The position numbers and the translations under genes are program-made. Shown here piece by piece: positions 7,289-14,726 of a DNA stretch of 20,000 nucleotides (the first letter of the stretch is position 1; every line of letters starts with the position of its first letter). This DNA is from an uncultured virus (IMG/VR IMGVR_UViG_3300010355_000481). Taxonomy: Duplodnaviria > Heunggongvirae > Uroviricota > Caudoviricetes > Crassvirales. The stretch lies in IMG/VR virus record IMGVR_UViG_3300010355_000481. One strand, written 5' to 3'. The notes under the pieces are model-generated. The model searched no databases. It was not told the DNA's origin and saw only the letters and a program-made list of their open reading frames with translations.

Positions 7289-7515
7289 AACAAACAAAAA
7301 TCCATATAGAATTACTTAAACTTGTACGAATTGTTTATGATTTTACTCAAGTAAGTTTTAAGATTAAATTATTAGCTTTTCAACAAGATAGTTCTTTACT
7401 TATTGTTAATGATATAATGGATGGAATTGTCAACAATGAATGTGAATTAATTGATAATAAGTACAAACACCAGTTTAGTTTACAAACTAAAGAACAGGTA
7501 AAAATCGTATTGTAG
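7285..7515 (+). CDS. small protein (76 aa)
   Basis: ORF track; C-terminus paralogous to the upstream frameshifted copy. Confidence 0.75.
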   Translation: MKQTKIHIELLKLVRIVYDFTQVSFKIKLLAFQQDSSLLIVNDIMDGIVNNECELIDNKYKHQFSLQTKEQVKIVL

Positions 7516-7516
7516 T

Positions 7517-7699
7517 ATGAAAGATATAAAACACCGTATTTATACTAATACGGCAGGAAACATTATTGATGGATTATACCTTATTTGTAATCCTAAAACA
7601 AATTGGGTAATCTGGAACAGATTAGATAGTTATATATGGGTACATATTTACTTTGAAATCAAACAAAATATATTATCACTAATTATTACTAATAGATGA
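7517..7699 (+). CDS. mini-protein (60 aa) with period-4 hydrophobic pattern
   Basis: Residues 4, 8 ... 56 are I,I,T,I,L,C,T,I,L,I,I,I,I,I. Confidence 0.7.
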   Translation: MKDIKHRIYTNTAGNIIDGLYLICNPKTNWVIWNRLDSYIWVHIYFEIKQNILSLIITNR

Positions 7700-7878
7700 G
7701 ATACACTAGTCGAACTATATATGAATTTACGTCAGGAAAGCTTGACCATACTACCGAAAGTGTATTTATTACAAATGTAAGTTGGATGCTTACTTCAACC
7801 ATAAAAACACCATTATGGAGTAGATTAATTACTCTCGTATACATCAATATTTGGCTAAACGTAAAAAATAATATATGA
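7696..7878 (+). CDS. mini-protein (60 aa) with period-4 pattern; paralog of 7517
   Basis: Residues 4, 8 ... 60 are T,I,T,L,T,F,V,L,I,L,L,V,I,V,I; ATGA overlaps. Confidence 0.7.
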   Translation: MRYTSRTIYEFTSGKLDHTTESVFITNVSWMLTSTIKTPLWSRLITLVYINIWLNVKNNI

Positions 7879-8048
7879 AATATATTCGCGTTTATTTAAA
7901 AACAAATACGAAAGAAAGGGTCAATATTGATCATATTTCAGGGTCAATATCAACATATATATGGAGATATGTCGACTATCAATTACATGGTCCACTAACA
8001 TTCCAAATTTTACGTTCAATCTCTTTAACAATTAAAACAAATATATGA
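7875..8048 (+). CDS. mini-protein (57 aa, MKYIRVYLK...)
   Basis: Translated by hand; ATGA overlaps at both ends. Confidence 0.65.
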   Translation: MKYIRVYLKTNTKERVNIDHISGSISTYIWRYVDYQLHGPLTFQILRSISLTIKTNI

Positions 8049-8443
8049 AAAGAAGAAATATCATATTAGGCAGTTTAACTGTCCTATTTATCGTAGGATT
8101 ATTAATCCTTAACCCATTAGCTTCGACAAAAAAACAAATAGTAACTATTTATACGCCAAATGATATCTATTATTTGGATGTAAATACAAATATAGTAACA
8201 TCAGAATCAGGAAAGAAAACTATGTCATGTAAGACTTTAGAAGAAGCTTCGGCATTCTTAAAGATAATCACAGCACATGATGCTAATCAACCTGCCGGAT
8301 GTGTATATAATGATGTAGATGCTATTATCGGAACCCTTAACGGGGATAGAGAAATAGATTCCGTCGTACATCAGTATATTCATTTATACAACATCACCGA
8401 TTCAACACTTATTCGCGAAATTTTAAACCGATATTATTTATGA
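8045..8443 (+). CDS. hypothetical membrane-anchored or exported protein
   Basis: Basic N-terminus followed by a hydrophobic helix; 132 aa. Confidence 0.75.
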   Translation: MKRRNIILGSLTVLFIVGLLILNPLASTKKQIVTIYTPNDIYYLDVNTNIVTSESGKKTMSCKTLEEASAFLKIITAHDANQPAGCVYNDVDAIIGTLNGDREIDSVVHQYIHLYNITDSTLIREILNRYYL

Positions 8444-8718
8444 TACACGATTTCTTTAAATTTATCTTTTATTTTATAGGGTTAGCTCCTATAATGTGGG
8501 AACTTAATGTAATTGCTGAACCTTTAAAAGCTAGAAAATTTATAAAAGCTATGGAAAATATACCATACGAAGATCGTACAGATAATCAAAAGAATTTAAC
8601 TTGGTGTTTAAGTTTGTATATTATTTGGGTATTTATCGTGTTATTATTCATACTTTTAAATACTTATCATTTTAAAATTAATATTTTCGAAGACTTAAAA
8701 TCTTTATTATGGGGTTAG
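8440..8718 (+). CDS. hypothetical membrane protein
   Basis: 92 aa with two hydrophobic segments. Confidence 0.7.
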   Translation: MIHDFFKFIFYFIGLAPIMWELNVIAEPLKARKFIKAMENIPYEDRTDNQKNLTWCLSLYIIWVFIVLLFILLNTYHFKINIFEDLKSLLWG

Positions 8719-8825
8719 AAGATATAGAGACCATTATTGCTTATATAGTTGGTTTTCTTGCTATAGCAGTATTAGTAATTATAATGATACCGTTAGATGA
8801 TGATGGACCAGACGTATATTGTTAA
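8709..8825 (+). CDS. small single-TM protein (38 aa)
   Basis: Translated by hand: MGLEDIETIIAYIVGFLAIAVLVIIMIPLDDDGPDVYC. Confidence 0.55.
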   Translation: MGLEDIETIIAYIVGFLAIAVLVIIMIPLDDDGPDVYC

Positions 8826-8838
8826 AACAAATTAGATT

Positions 8839-9111
8839 ATGATCGAATTATCAGACTTAGAAGCATGGTGTATTATAAATAGCGCTGACGTAGTTACAAG
8901 CGTCATCAACGATATTACAGAAGATCAATACAGAGATCTTATGGGTATTATTAATTTAAGTTTTCAGCTTAGATACAATCTTAAGCCTTTTCATGATATG
9001 AAAGAGGTTTATCAACATAAATTTGAAGATGTAGATGCAGCAAGAGAGTTAATCCTTGAATGTCTAGCTGACTTCTTAAATTCAATTAATTTCACACTTA
9101 AAAACAGATAA
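8839..9111 (+). CDS. hypothetical protein
   Basis: 90-aa ORF. Confidence 0.7.
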   Translation: MIELSDLEAWCIINSADVVTSVINDITEDQYRDLMGIINLSFQLRYNLKPFHDMKEVYQHKFEDVDAARELILECLADFLNSINFTLKNR

Positions 9112-9112
9112 A

Positions 9113-9427
9113 ATGTTAAATTTATTTATTATTACAATTGCAGCATTCTTATATTTATATGCAGGAATGTACTATACTATCTTTATAGATGGAGACCCTG
9201 ACGTATTTAACTTTAAACGCTTTTCTTTAGATTTTGAAGAAGATTCTCCAAACTATACAATTATACTAGGTTATATATTAATGTATGTATTTTTAGTATT
9301 TTGGTTACCGATAACATTAATATGTTTAATTTTAGAAATTTGTAGTTATAAAACCTATAAACGTGATCGTAGCCTTTATTTTAATACTTTAAAAGCTTAC
9401 TTACCATGGACGAAAAACGAAAACTAG
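9113..9427 (+). CDS. hypothetical membrane protein
   Basis: 104 aa with two TM-like segments. Confidence 0.7.
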   Translation: MLNLFIITIAAFLYLYAGMYYTIFIDGDPDVFNFKRFSLDFEEDSPNYTIILGYILMYVFLVFWLPITLICLILEICSYKTYKRDRSLYFNTLKAYLPWTKNEN

Positions 9428-9804
9428 CTTACGAGCTATTGTTGCCTTATTTTATTGACCCAGCTATTTGCGGAAGACACAATGGTTTATGTTCTTATTA
9501 TACTCCCGACGGACGTACATGTATAGCAGGAAAATGTATGATTGATCCTCAAAAATTTGCAAATTCTTCTGATCCTATCAGAAAGATTATAGAAATATAC
9601 GGGCAAATAGGTACTTTTAAACCTGATATTGTAGATAAATTTACCAACGATGAATGGAGAGGTCTTCAAAATATCCATGACGCTATAGCTACAACTGCTT
9701 TAATTTATGATAATTCTATATTTAATACAAAAGAGTTTAAAATGTATTGTGTAGAGAATAATCATACTATATACCATTCTGTTAAATTCTATGAAGACTG
9801 TTGA
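9406..9804 (+). CDS. hypothetical Cys/His-motif phage protein
   Basis: CSYYTPDGRTCIAGKC...LQNIHD, a possible metal site. Confidence 0.7.
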   Translation: MDEKRKLAYELLLPYFIDPAICGRHNGLCSYYTPDGRTCIAGKCMIDPQKFANSSDPIRKIIEIYGQIGTFKPDIVDKFTNDEWRGLQNIHDAIATTALIYDNSIFNTKEFKMYCVENNHTIYHSVKFYEDC

Positions 9805-9976
9805 TATAGAAAAATCTATCTGGCGAGGTAATTATATTCATGATAAAAATGTACGTCAGCCCGGTGGTAATACAATTTATCATATCTTGGATTATGTGCA
9901 CGATAAATTATGGAAACCTATGGAATTTTATAATATAAGTAGTTCTGTTGCAAATTCTTTTAATAAATCACTATGA
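9791..9976 (+). CDS. mini-protein (61 aa)
   Basis: ORF track; shares RxxYxHD and KLW with the ORF at 9973. Confidence 0.65.
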   Translation: MKTVDIEKSIWRGNYIHDKNVRQPGGNTIYHILDYVHDKLWKPMEFYNISSSVANSFNKSL

Positions 9977-10152
9977 ATTATATAGACATAGATTTGTTAC
10001 ATAGCAGAGCTACATATTTACATGATAGTAGTGATAATATATTATTTCCAGGAAGTGCAGATATATGGTCTACCACATATCATATTTGGCGTAAATTATG
10101 GTCTGGACGTCTTACTAAAAGATTTGTAAATCAAATAAACTATCATATATGA
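9973..10152 (+). CDS. mini-protein (59 aa, MNYIDIDLL...)
   Basis: Translated by hand; ATGA overlaps; similar to both neighbours. Confidence 0.65.
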   Translation: MNYIDIDLLHSRATYLHDSSDNILFPGSADIWSTTYHIWRKLWSGRLTKRFVNQINYHI

Positions 10153-10340
10153 ATTATACATATATTTCGCTAGTAAGCGATAGATACAAAGTTTTTAAAG
10201 GGGTTCCTTATAATATAATATATCCGGCAGAATCTAAACCTAATTCAGATGTTAACCGTATATGGAAGGTATTATGGAGTCCTCATCAATTTCACAGATT
10301 AATAATATTAATAACAAATGCGACAATTAAAGGGAGATAA
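10149..10340 (+). CDS. mini-protein (63 aa)
   Basis: ORF track; NIIYP...IWKVLWS matches NILFP...IWRKLWS of the ORF at 9973. Confidence 0.65.
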   Translation: MNYTYISLVSDRYKVFKGVPYNIIYPAESKPNSDVNRIWKVLWSPHQFHRLIILITNATIKGR

Positions 10341-10515
10341 AGATTTACTTTACCGAGTATACATCAATCATTTTGTTGATTTAAGTGAACCTGAGTTTTA
10401 TAGAACTTCACCTGCTTTTATACATGCTAATGTAACATTATGGTATAATTTTCAATCTTATTATTCATTTGTCAGAACTGTATTATACAATGAAAATTAT
10501 GAAACAACTGCATAA
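10318..10515 (+). CDS. mini-protein (65 aa)
   Basis: ORF track; overlaps both neighbours. Confidence 0.6.
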   Translation: MRQLKGDKDLLYRVYINHFVDLSEPEFYRTSPAFIHANVTLWYNFQSYYSFVRTVLYNENYETTA

Positions 10516-11047
10516 ACAATTAGAATGGTTACGATCTGGATGTATGGGATGTATGTTTGGTACTGTAATGGCTAAAGATCCTGAAAAAATTGGTTGGCAT
10601 TTTCAAGTCAACCCTAAAAATATCCTGTTTGCCGACGGATGTTGTATTTTATCTTGTATATTCCCTGAATCTGATGCCCGTGGCGTTCTTGCCTGGGCAT
10701 TAGATAATGGGTTCTTTATCGAAGAACTCGGGGATTATATAGGTTTACGATACCGTATCGGTGACAATATTGCTTGGGTGCAGTATTTTGGCCCAGACAG
10801 CCATGTTGCTACTCGACAATCACCTTATCCTATGCTTACATTCACCGTAGCATTACCTAGTGAATATTACTATAAAGTAGGCTTTACTGGTATACTTCAT
10901 TTGGCGCATGCTTCGGTGAAAGCTATAGGACTTAAAGCGAGGAATTTATTATGGGATCGTTCCCATAAATCTTCTCGTAAAATTATCGGACACGAATTAG
11001 GTTTAGCTGAATCTGCTAAAGTTACTTTTATCAAACAAAACGTATGA
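10490..11047 (+). CDS. hypothetical enzyme-like protein with a CxxC motif (start 10490 or 10499)
   Basis: About 185-aa ORF; SGCMGCMFG and FGPDSHVATRQSP motifs. Confidence 0.75.
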   Translation: MKIMKQLHKQLEWLRSGCMGCMFGTVMAKDPEKIGWHFQVNPKNILFADGCCILSCIFPESDARGVLAWALDNGFFIEELGDYIGLRYRIGDNIAWVQYFGPDSHVATRQSPYPMLTFTVALPSEYYYKVGFTGILHLAHASVKAIGLKARNLLWDRSHKSSRKIIGHELGLAESAKVTFIKQNV

Positions 11048-11238
11048 AAAAAGTAAAGGGTCAAATTAAAAATCAAGTTTGGGAGGGAGTTTGGGAGGGA
11101 GTTTGGGATCAAATTAAGGATCAAGCCAAAGGACATATTAGTGATCAAATTTGGTATCAAACTAAAAATCAAGTTTGGGGTGAACGTTGGGGCCAAGTTT
11201 GGAATCAATTTACCTCAATTAAACAAAACATATCATGA
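11044..11238 (+). CDS. QVWx tetrapeptide-repeat mini-protein (64 aa)
   Basis: KNQVWEGVWEGVWDQIKDQ...QVWGERWGQVWNQ; 12-bp DNA repeat GTTTGGGAGGGA. Confidence 0.8.
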   Translation: MKKVKGQIKNQVWEGVWEGVWDQIKDQAKGHISDQIWYQTKNQVWGERWGQVWNQFTSIKQNIS

Positions 11239-11387
11239 ATCAACTTAAAATTTCTTTTTGGATGGATAGTCATTATCTTTTATATACTGATCTTAGTCGA
11301 AATTTAGTAAAAAATCTTGAACGTGATTTAGCAATATCGATAAATAGAAAAATGAGAATTGATTATGGAAACTTTAAACCTTTATAA
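11235..11387 (+). CDS. mini-protein (50 aa, MNQLKISFW...)
   Basis: Translated by hand; ATGA overlap. Confidence 0.6.
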   Translation: MNQLKISFWMDSHYLLYTDLSRNLVKNLERDLAISINRKMRIDYGNFKPL

Positions 11388-11389
11388 GT

Positions 11390-11557
11390 ATGAAAAACGT
11401 TAAACAGAAAATCAATATAACGACGTTCGACTTATTTTATTATTCTAAACTAAACGTCAAACGTGATCTTAGCGAAGATATTATCCCAAAATTAAGAACG
11501 TATATTTACTTTTGGGCAAATAGTAATGTATCACATCCTATACAAGATAATCTATGA
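11390..11557 (+). CDS. mini-protein (55 aa, MKNVKQKIN...)
   Basis: Translated by hand; ATGA overlap with 11554. Confidence 0.6.
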   Translation: MKNVKQKINITTFDLFYYSKLNVKRDLSEDIIPKLRTYIYFWANSNVSHPIQDNL

Positions 11558-11739
11558 AATACTGTTATAAACACCATGAATGTCTTAATAATTTTAAATA
11601 TTATCTAGGCTCTGAGATTGTTCTTTGGGTATCATCTATTCAAATAACAGATTTTTTGTGGAAAAATAGACAATACGTAGAAGATCAAACTTACGTCAAA
11701 ATAATAACACCTATACGAAATGGTACAAAAAAATCATAA
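11554..11739 (+). CDS. mini-protein (61 aa)
   Basis: ORF track. Confidence 0.6.
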   Translation: MKYCYKHHECLNNFKYYLGSEIVLWVSSIQITDFLWKNRQYVEDQTYVKIITPIRNGTKKS

Positions 11740-11896
11740 AATTTTATATCAGATATATAAAACAACTCGAGACATTTGTGAAATAAATACAGATTGTGTT
11801 GAAGTAGGTATTAATAATCGTATTTTTTTCAGAACTTGGAGAACAATTAGCACACAAACTTTCCCATTCCACACTACTTTAAAAAGTAATTTATGA
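11720..11896 (+). CDS. mini-protein (58 aa, MVQKNHKIL...)
   Basis: Translated by hand; IFFRTW..I.TQT resembles IWRKTW..LIEQT of the next ORF. Confidence 0.6.
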   Translation: MVQKNHKILYQIYKTTRDICEINTDCVEVGINNRIFFRTWRTISTQTFPFHTTLKSNL

Positions 11897-12060
11897 GACA
11901 AATAACTGATAATTATATACGTATAGCTACTGAACATAAAGCCGAACTTTGTCTTGCAAATAATGTAAAAAGAGAAGTAGATCATGATATTTGGCGTAAA
12001 ACTTGGTTTTTATTAATAGAACAAACACGCATTTTATTAACTGTAAATCAAAATTTATGA
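11893..12060 (+). CDS. mini-protein (55 aa, MRQITDNYI...)
   Basis: Translated by hand; ATGA overlaps at both ends. Confidence 0.6.
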   Translation: MRQITDNYIRIATEHKAELCLANNVKREVDHDIWRKTWFLLIEQTRILLTVNQNL

Positions 12061-12242
12061 AAAAGATTAAAATACGTGATTTTATTTTGGAAAAAGTTCG
12101 TATACCTGCTGGAGATATAATTAGAAGCTGTATAGGTCCTACTAAATTCATGTTATATTCAACTAATATTAGAGATATAGTATATGATCGAACTAGTGAT
12201 ATTACTATCCTTGTAAAACTTAATCTATTAGCCCCATTATAA
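12057..12242 (+). CDS. mini-protein (61 aa, MKKIKIRDF...)
   Basis: ATGA-coupled start at 12057 preferred over the track start at 12003. Confidence 0.65.
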   Translation: MKKIKIRDFILEKVRIPAGDIIRSCIGPTKFMLYSTNIRDIVYDRTSDITILVKLNLLAPL

Positions 12243-12285
12243 GTAACTACTACAAATATTTATTCACCAATCTTAAAAATTATAT

Positions 12286-12387
12286 ATGACAGAAAAGATC
12301 CTTTTAATTGGGCAAGCGTTACCATATAATACGTATCTTTGTAAAAAAAGATCACATGGTATTATTAGAAGAATGGAAAGAAATTAA
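12286..12387 (+). pseudogene. truncated duplicate of the 5' end of the UDG-like gene
   Basis: MTEKILLIGQA versus MTEKILIIGQS at 12843; stops after 33 codons. Confidence 0.7.
12334..12341 (+). promoter_or_regulatory. Bacteroidota -7 promoter element for the HNH gene
   Basis: TATCTTTG 14 nt upstream of the ATG at 12356; no canonical -33 TTTG. Confidence 0.5.
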
Positions 12388-12850
12388 AAATTGTAATGGT
12401 AATTATTTAATTAGCAATTTTGGTAAGGTAAAATCAGTACGTAATAATTTAATTTTAAAAACAAGTCTAGATAAAGATGGATACAATAGATTAAGCTTAC
12501 GTAATAAAAATAAACCTATTTATTGTAGAATTAGTAAATTAGTTGCTACTTATTTTGTCCCTAACCCTGATAATTTGACTATAGTTAATCATATAGATAA
12601 TACAAGAAATAATGATATTTTTACTAATTTGGAATGGGTCTCTGTTAGAGAAAATACTTGTCACGGTATAAAATTAAATAAAAAATTACCAATAGGCGTA
12701 TCAAAAAGACCTAAACAAAATAAATATCGAGCAAGAATTGAAATTAATCGTAAATCAATTTCTTTAGGAGATTTTAATACTCCTGAAGAAGCATCTGAAG
12801 CTTATAAAAAAGCTTTACAAACCTATAAAATCAAAAACAAATATGACTGA
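12356..12850 (+). CDS. NUMOD4-HNH-AP2 homing endonuclease
   Basis: EEWKEIK...YLISNFGKVKS (NUMOD4); VNHIDNTRNNDIFTNLEWVSVREN (HNH); GVSKR...YRARI...LGDFNTPEEASEAY (AP2); ATG at 12356 preferred. Confidence 0.9.
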   Translation: MVLLEEWKEIKNCNGNYLISNFGKVKSVRNNLILKTSLDKDGYNRLSLRNKNKPIYCRISKLVATYFVPNPDNLTIVNHIDNTRNNDIFTNLEWVSVRENTCHGIKLNKKLPIGVSKRPKQNKYRARIEINRKSISLGDFNTPEEASEAYKKALQTYKIKNKYD

Positions 12851-13283
12851 AAAAATTTTAATTATTGGGCAAAGTCCCCCAAGCCCTGACGTCGTACAAA
12901 AAGTACCGTATGACACTACGATGTTATATGAAATGCTTTCTTGGGTAGGTATATCTAAAGATCAGGCTCAAAATTTGTTTGAATTTGAAGCTTTGACAGA
13001 TGTATTTCCAGGATATGCTAAGATGAGTGGCCACAAAGTTCCTTCTTCCGAAGCTAAAGCAATATATTGGGATTCAACCCTTAAAGATAAAATAGCTAAT
13101 CATAGTCGTATTATCTTATTAGGCCGAGAATCTCAAAAGTACGTAGAAAAGCGTTGGCCGGAAAAATATAACGATAAAAACACTTTATGTCTTATCCATC
13201 CAAGTATTCGAAACAGCGGAAAGATCAAAGAACATAAAGAAATTATTACTAACCTTTTAAAAACCTTTATATGGGACTCTTAA
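12843..13283 (+). CDS. uracil-DNA glycosylase superfamily protein
   Basis: ILIIGQSP (motif A), IILLG and LIHPS (motif B). Confidence 0.75.
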   Translation: MTEKILIIGQSPPSPDVVQKVPYDTTMLYEMLSWVGISKDQAQNLFEFEALTDVFPGYAKMSGHKVPSSEAKAIYWDSTLKDKIANHSRIILLGRESQKYVEKRWPEKYNDKNTLCLIHPSIRNSGKIKEHKEIITNLLKTFIWDS

Positions 13284-13543
13284 GCAATTTATTGTTTGGT
13301 AAACCCAGACAAGGATATCCTTTAAAACCAATAGTGGCTACATGTCCTCGCCAAATATCCGAAACATCATTCAATGAATGGGTTAAGGAATTCAAAGTAG
13401 GCTCATTATTTAATCACGAAGAATCACACGAAACATGCGAAAGACTGAAGATTTTAAAATTCCAGCGAGGACTTTTAAAGAAGGAGCTAAGTCATATACT
13501 CACAAACCCTCCCAAAAGTATCTTGACAGAAGGGCAGAGTTAG
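13271..13543 (+). CDS. hypothetical protein
   Basis: 90-aa ORF; its 3' part overlaps another ORF. Confidence 0.55.
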   Translation: MGLLSNLLFGKPRQGYPLKPIVATCPRQISETSFNEWVKEFKVGSLFNHEESHETCERLKILKFQRGLLKKELSHILTNPPKSILTEGQS

Positions 13544-13605
13544 CTTTACAAGAAGCTCGTATCGAAGAACGACGAAAAGCCAGATCATTTAGTGAAAAAG
13601 GTTAA
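13435..13605 (+). CDS. small basic protein (56 aa, MRKTEDFKIP...)
   Basis: Translated by hand; fills the gap to 13592 but overlaps the upstream ORF by 109 nt. Confidence 0.5.
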   Translation: MRKTEDFKIPARTFKEGAKSYTHKPSQKYLDRRAELALQEARIEERRKARSFSEKG

Positions 13606-13759
13606 TGCTATATATCTATGCAATATAGTTATCAATGGTTGTTCTAAATTAATAAGACCTAATAAAATTATAAGATTAATTAGGTCTCAAATATTTATCG
13701 ATCAGTATGGGATTTACGTAGATATTGTATTAAATAGACAGTATGAATCAAGTTCGTAG
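13592..13759 (+). CDS. mini-protein (55 aa, GTG start, MKKVNAIYL...)
   Basis: Translated by hand; overlaps both neighbours. Confidence 0.5.
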   Translation: MKKVNAIYLCNIVINGCSKLIRPNKIIRLIRSQIFIDQYGIYVDIVLNRQYESSS

Positions 13760-13937
13760 AAAAGTTTCTTTTATAAGTAACCGTATTACTAAACAAGGTT
13801 TTTCATCAACTGAATTATATAGTGTAGAGTGGGATCTAAGGATAAAAGTATATCGACATACTTCAATTATTTTAGAAGATGTTATAAAAATTCCTACTTC
13901 GATAATTAAATTTAATACTCATGCGATCAGTCGTTAA
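13743..13937 (+). CDS. mini-protein (64 aa)
   Basis: ORF track. Confidence 0.6.
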   Translation: MNQVRRKVSFISNRITKQGFSSTELYSVEWDLRIKVYRHTSIILEDVIKIPTSIIKFNTHAISR

Positions 13938-14067
13938 AAAACTTGATATACCTATAATTAGAATAACAGTAGGTACAGTAAGTTCAGATGTTTTAATGGA
14001 AGGAGCTACATATATGAATATTTTCTCTATAAGGGTTAAACGTGATATTTTAAATAACTCAATATGA
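13921..14067 (+). CDS. mini-protein (48 aa, MRSVVKKLD...)
   Basis: Translated by hand; ATGA overlap with the RNase H gene. Confidence 0.55.
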   Translation: MRSVVKKLDIPIIRITVGTVSSDVLMEGATYMNIFSIRVKRDILNNSI

Positions 14068-14714
14068 TCGAAATATATACTGACGGAGGTTGTGTTGGTA
14101 ATGGAAAACCTGAAGCAATCGGTGCTTATGCATTTATTGTTGTAAAAGATGGTGAAATTATCTATGAGGAGGCGGTCCGAATAGAAGCACCATGTACAAA
14201 TAATATTGCAGAATTAACGGCTTGTATACAGGCTTTAGATTATTGCCACAATGCTCCCATCAAACCTACTAATTTCTATAGCGATTCTAACTATGTCATT
14301 CGTGGTATCAACGAATGGCTTGATGGTTGGGTTCGTAAAGATTTCCGAGTAGATGATGGATTCCGTCCAAACGCAGAATTATGGAAACAAGTTGTAACTC
14401 TCCGCCCACATTTTAGAACCCTAAATTATATTTGGGTAAAAGGACATGATGATAACATCTTTAACAATAGATGTGATGAATTATGTACTCAAGCAATGGC
14501 CTTAAAGCCAAAGACAAAAAACAATTCAAAAGCCGTTAAATTTCCCATCCCAGCCTATAAAGAAGGTTATGGAGTAGGTGAAGTCAATTTAGGCTCCAAC
14601 GATTCGTTATTTGCTTACCAATTTAGCAACGAACTCGGCATTCATGGGTTTGACAACCCAAAAAACAGTGGGATTAGTGTTTTAGTCCCTTTATCAAAAT
14701 TTATTAAATCTTAA
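14064..14714 (+). CDS. rnhA: ribonuclease HI with a C-terminal extension
   Basis: IYTDGGC, TNNIAEL, YSDSNYV, NAELW, WVKGH and NNRCDEL; the catalytic D/E/D/D residues are present. Confidence 0.95.
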   Translation: MIEIYTDGGCVGNGKPEAIGAYAFIVVKDGEIIYEEAVRIEAPCTNNIAELTACIQALDYCHNAPIKPTNFYSDSNYVIRGINEWLDGWVRKDFRVDDGFRPNAELWKQVVTLRPHFRTLNYIWVKGHDDNIFNNRCDELCTQAMALKPKTKNNSKAVKFPIPAYKEGYGVGEVNLGSNDSLFAYQFSNELGIHGFDNPKNSGISVLVPLSKFIKS

Positions 14715-14726
14715 AAATCAAAAAAA

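Noticed and set aside
12286..12850. Group I intron carrying the HNH gene inside the UDG-like gene
   Set aside because: There is no room for a ribozyme core, and the downstream gene has its own complete start, so no splicing is needed.
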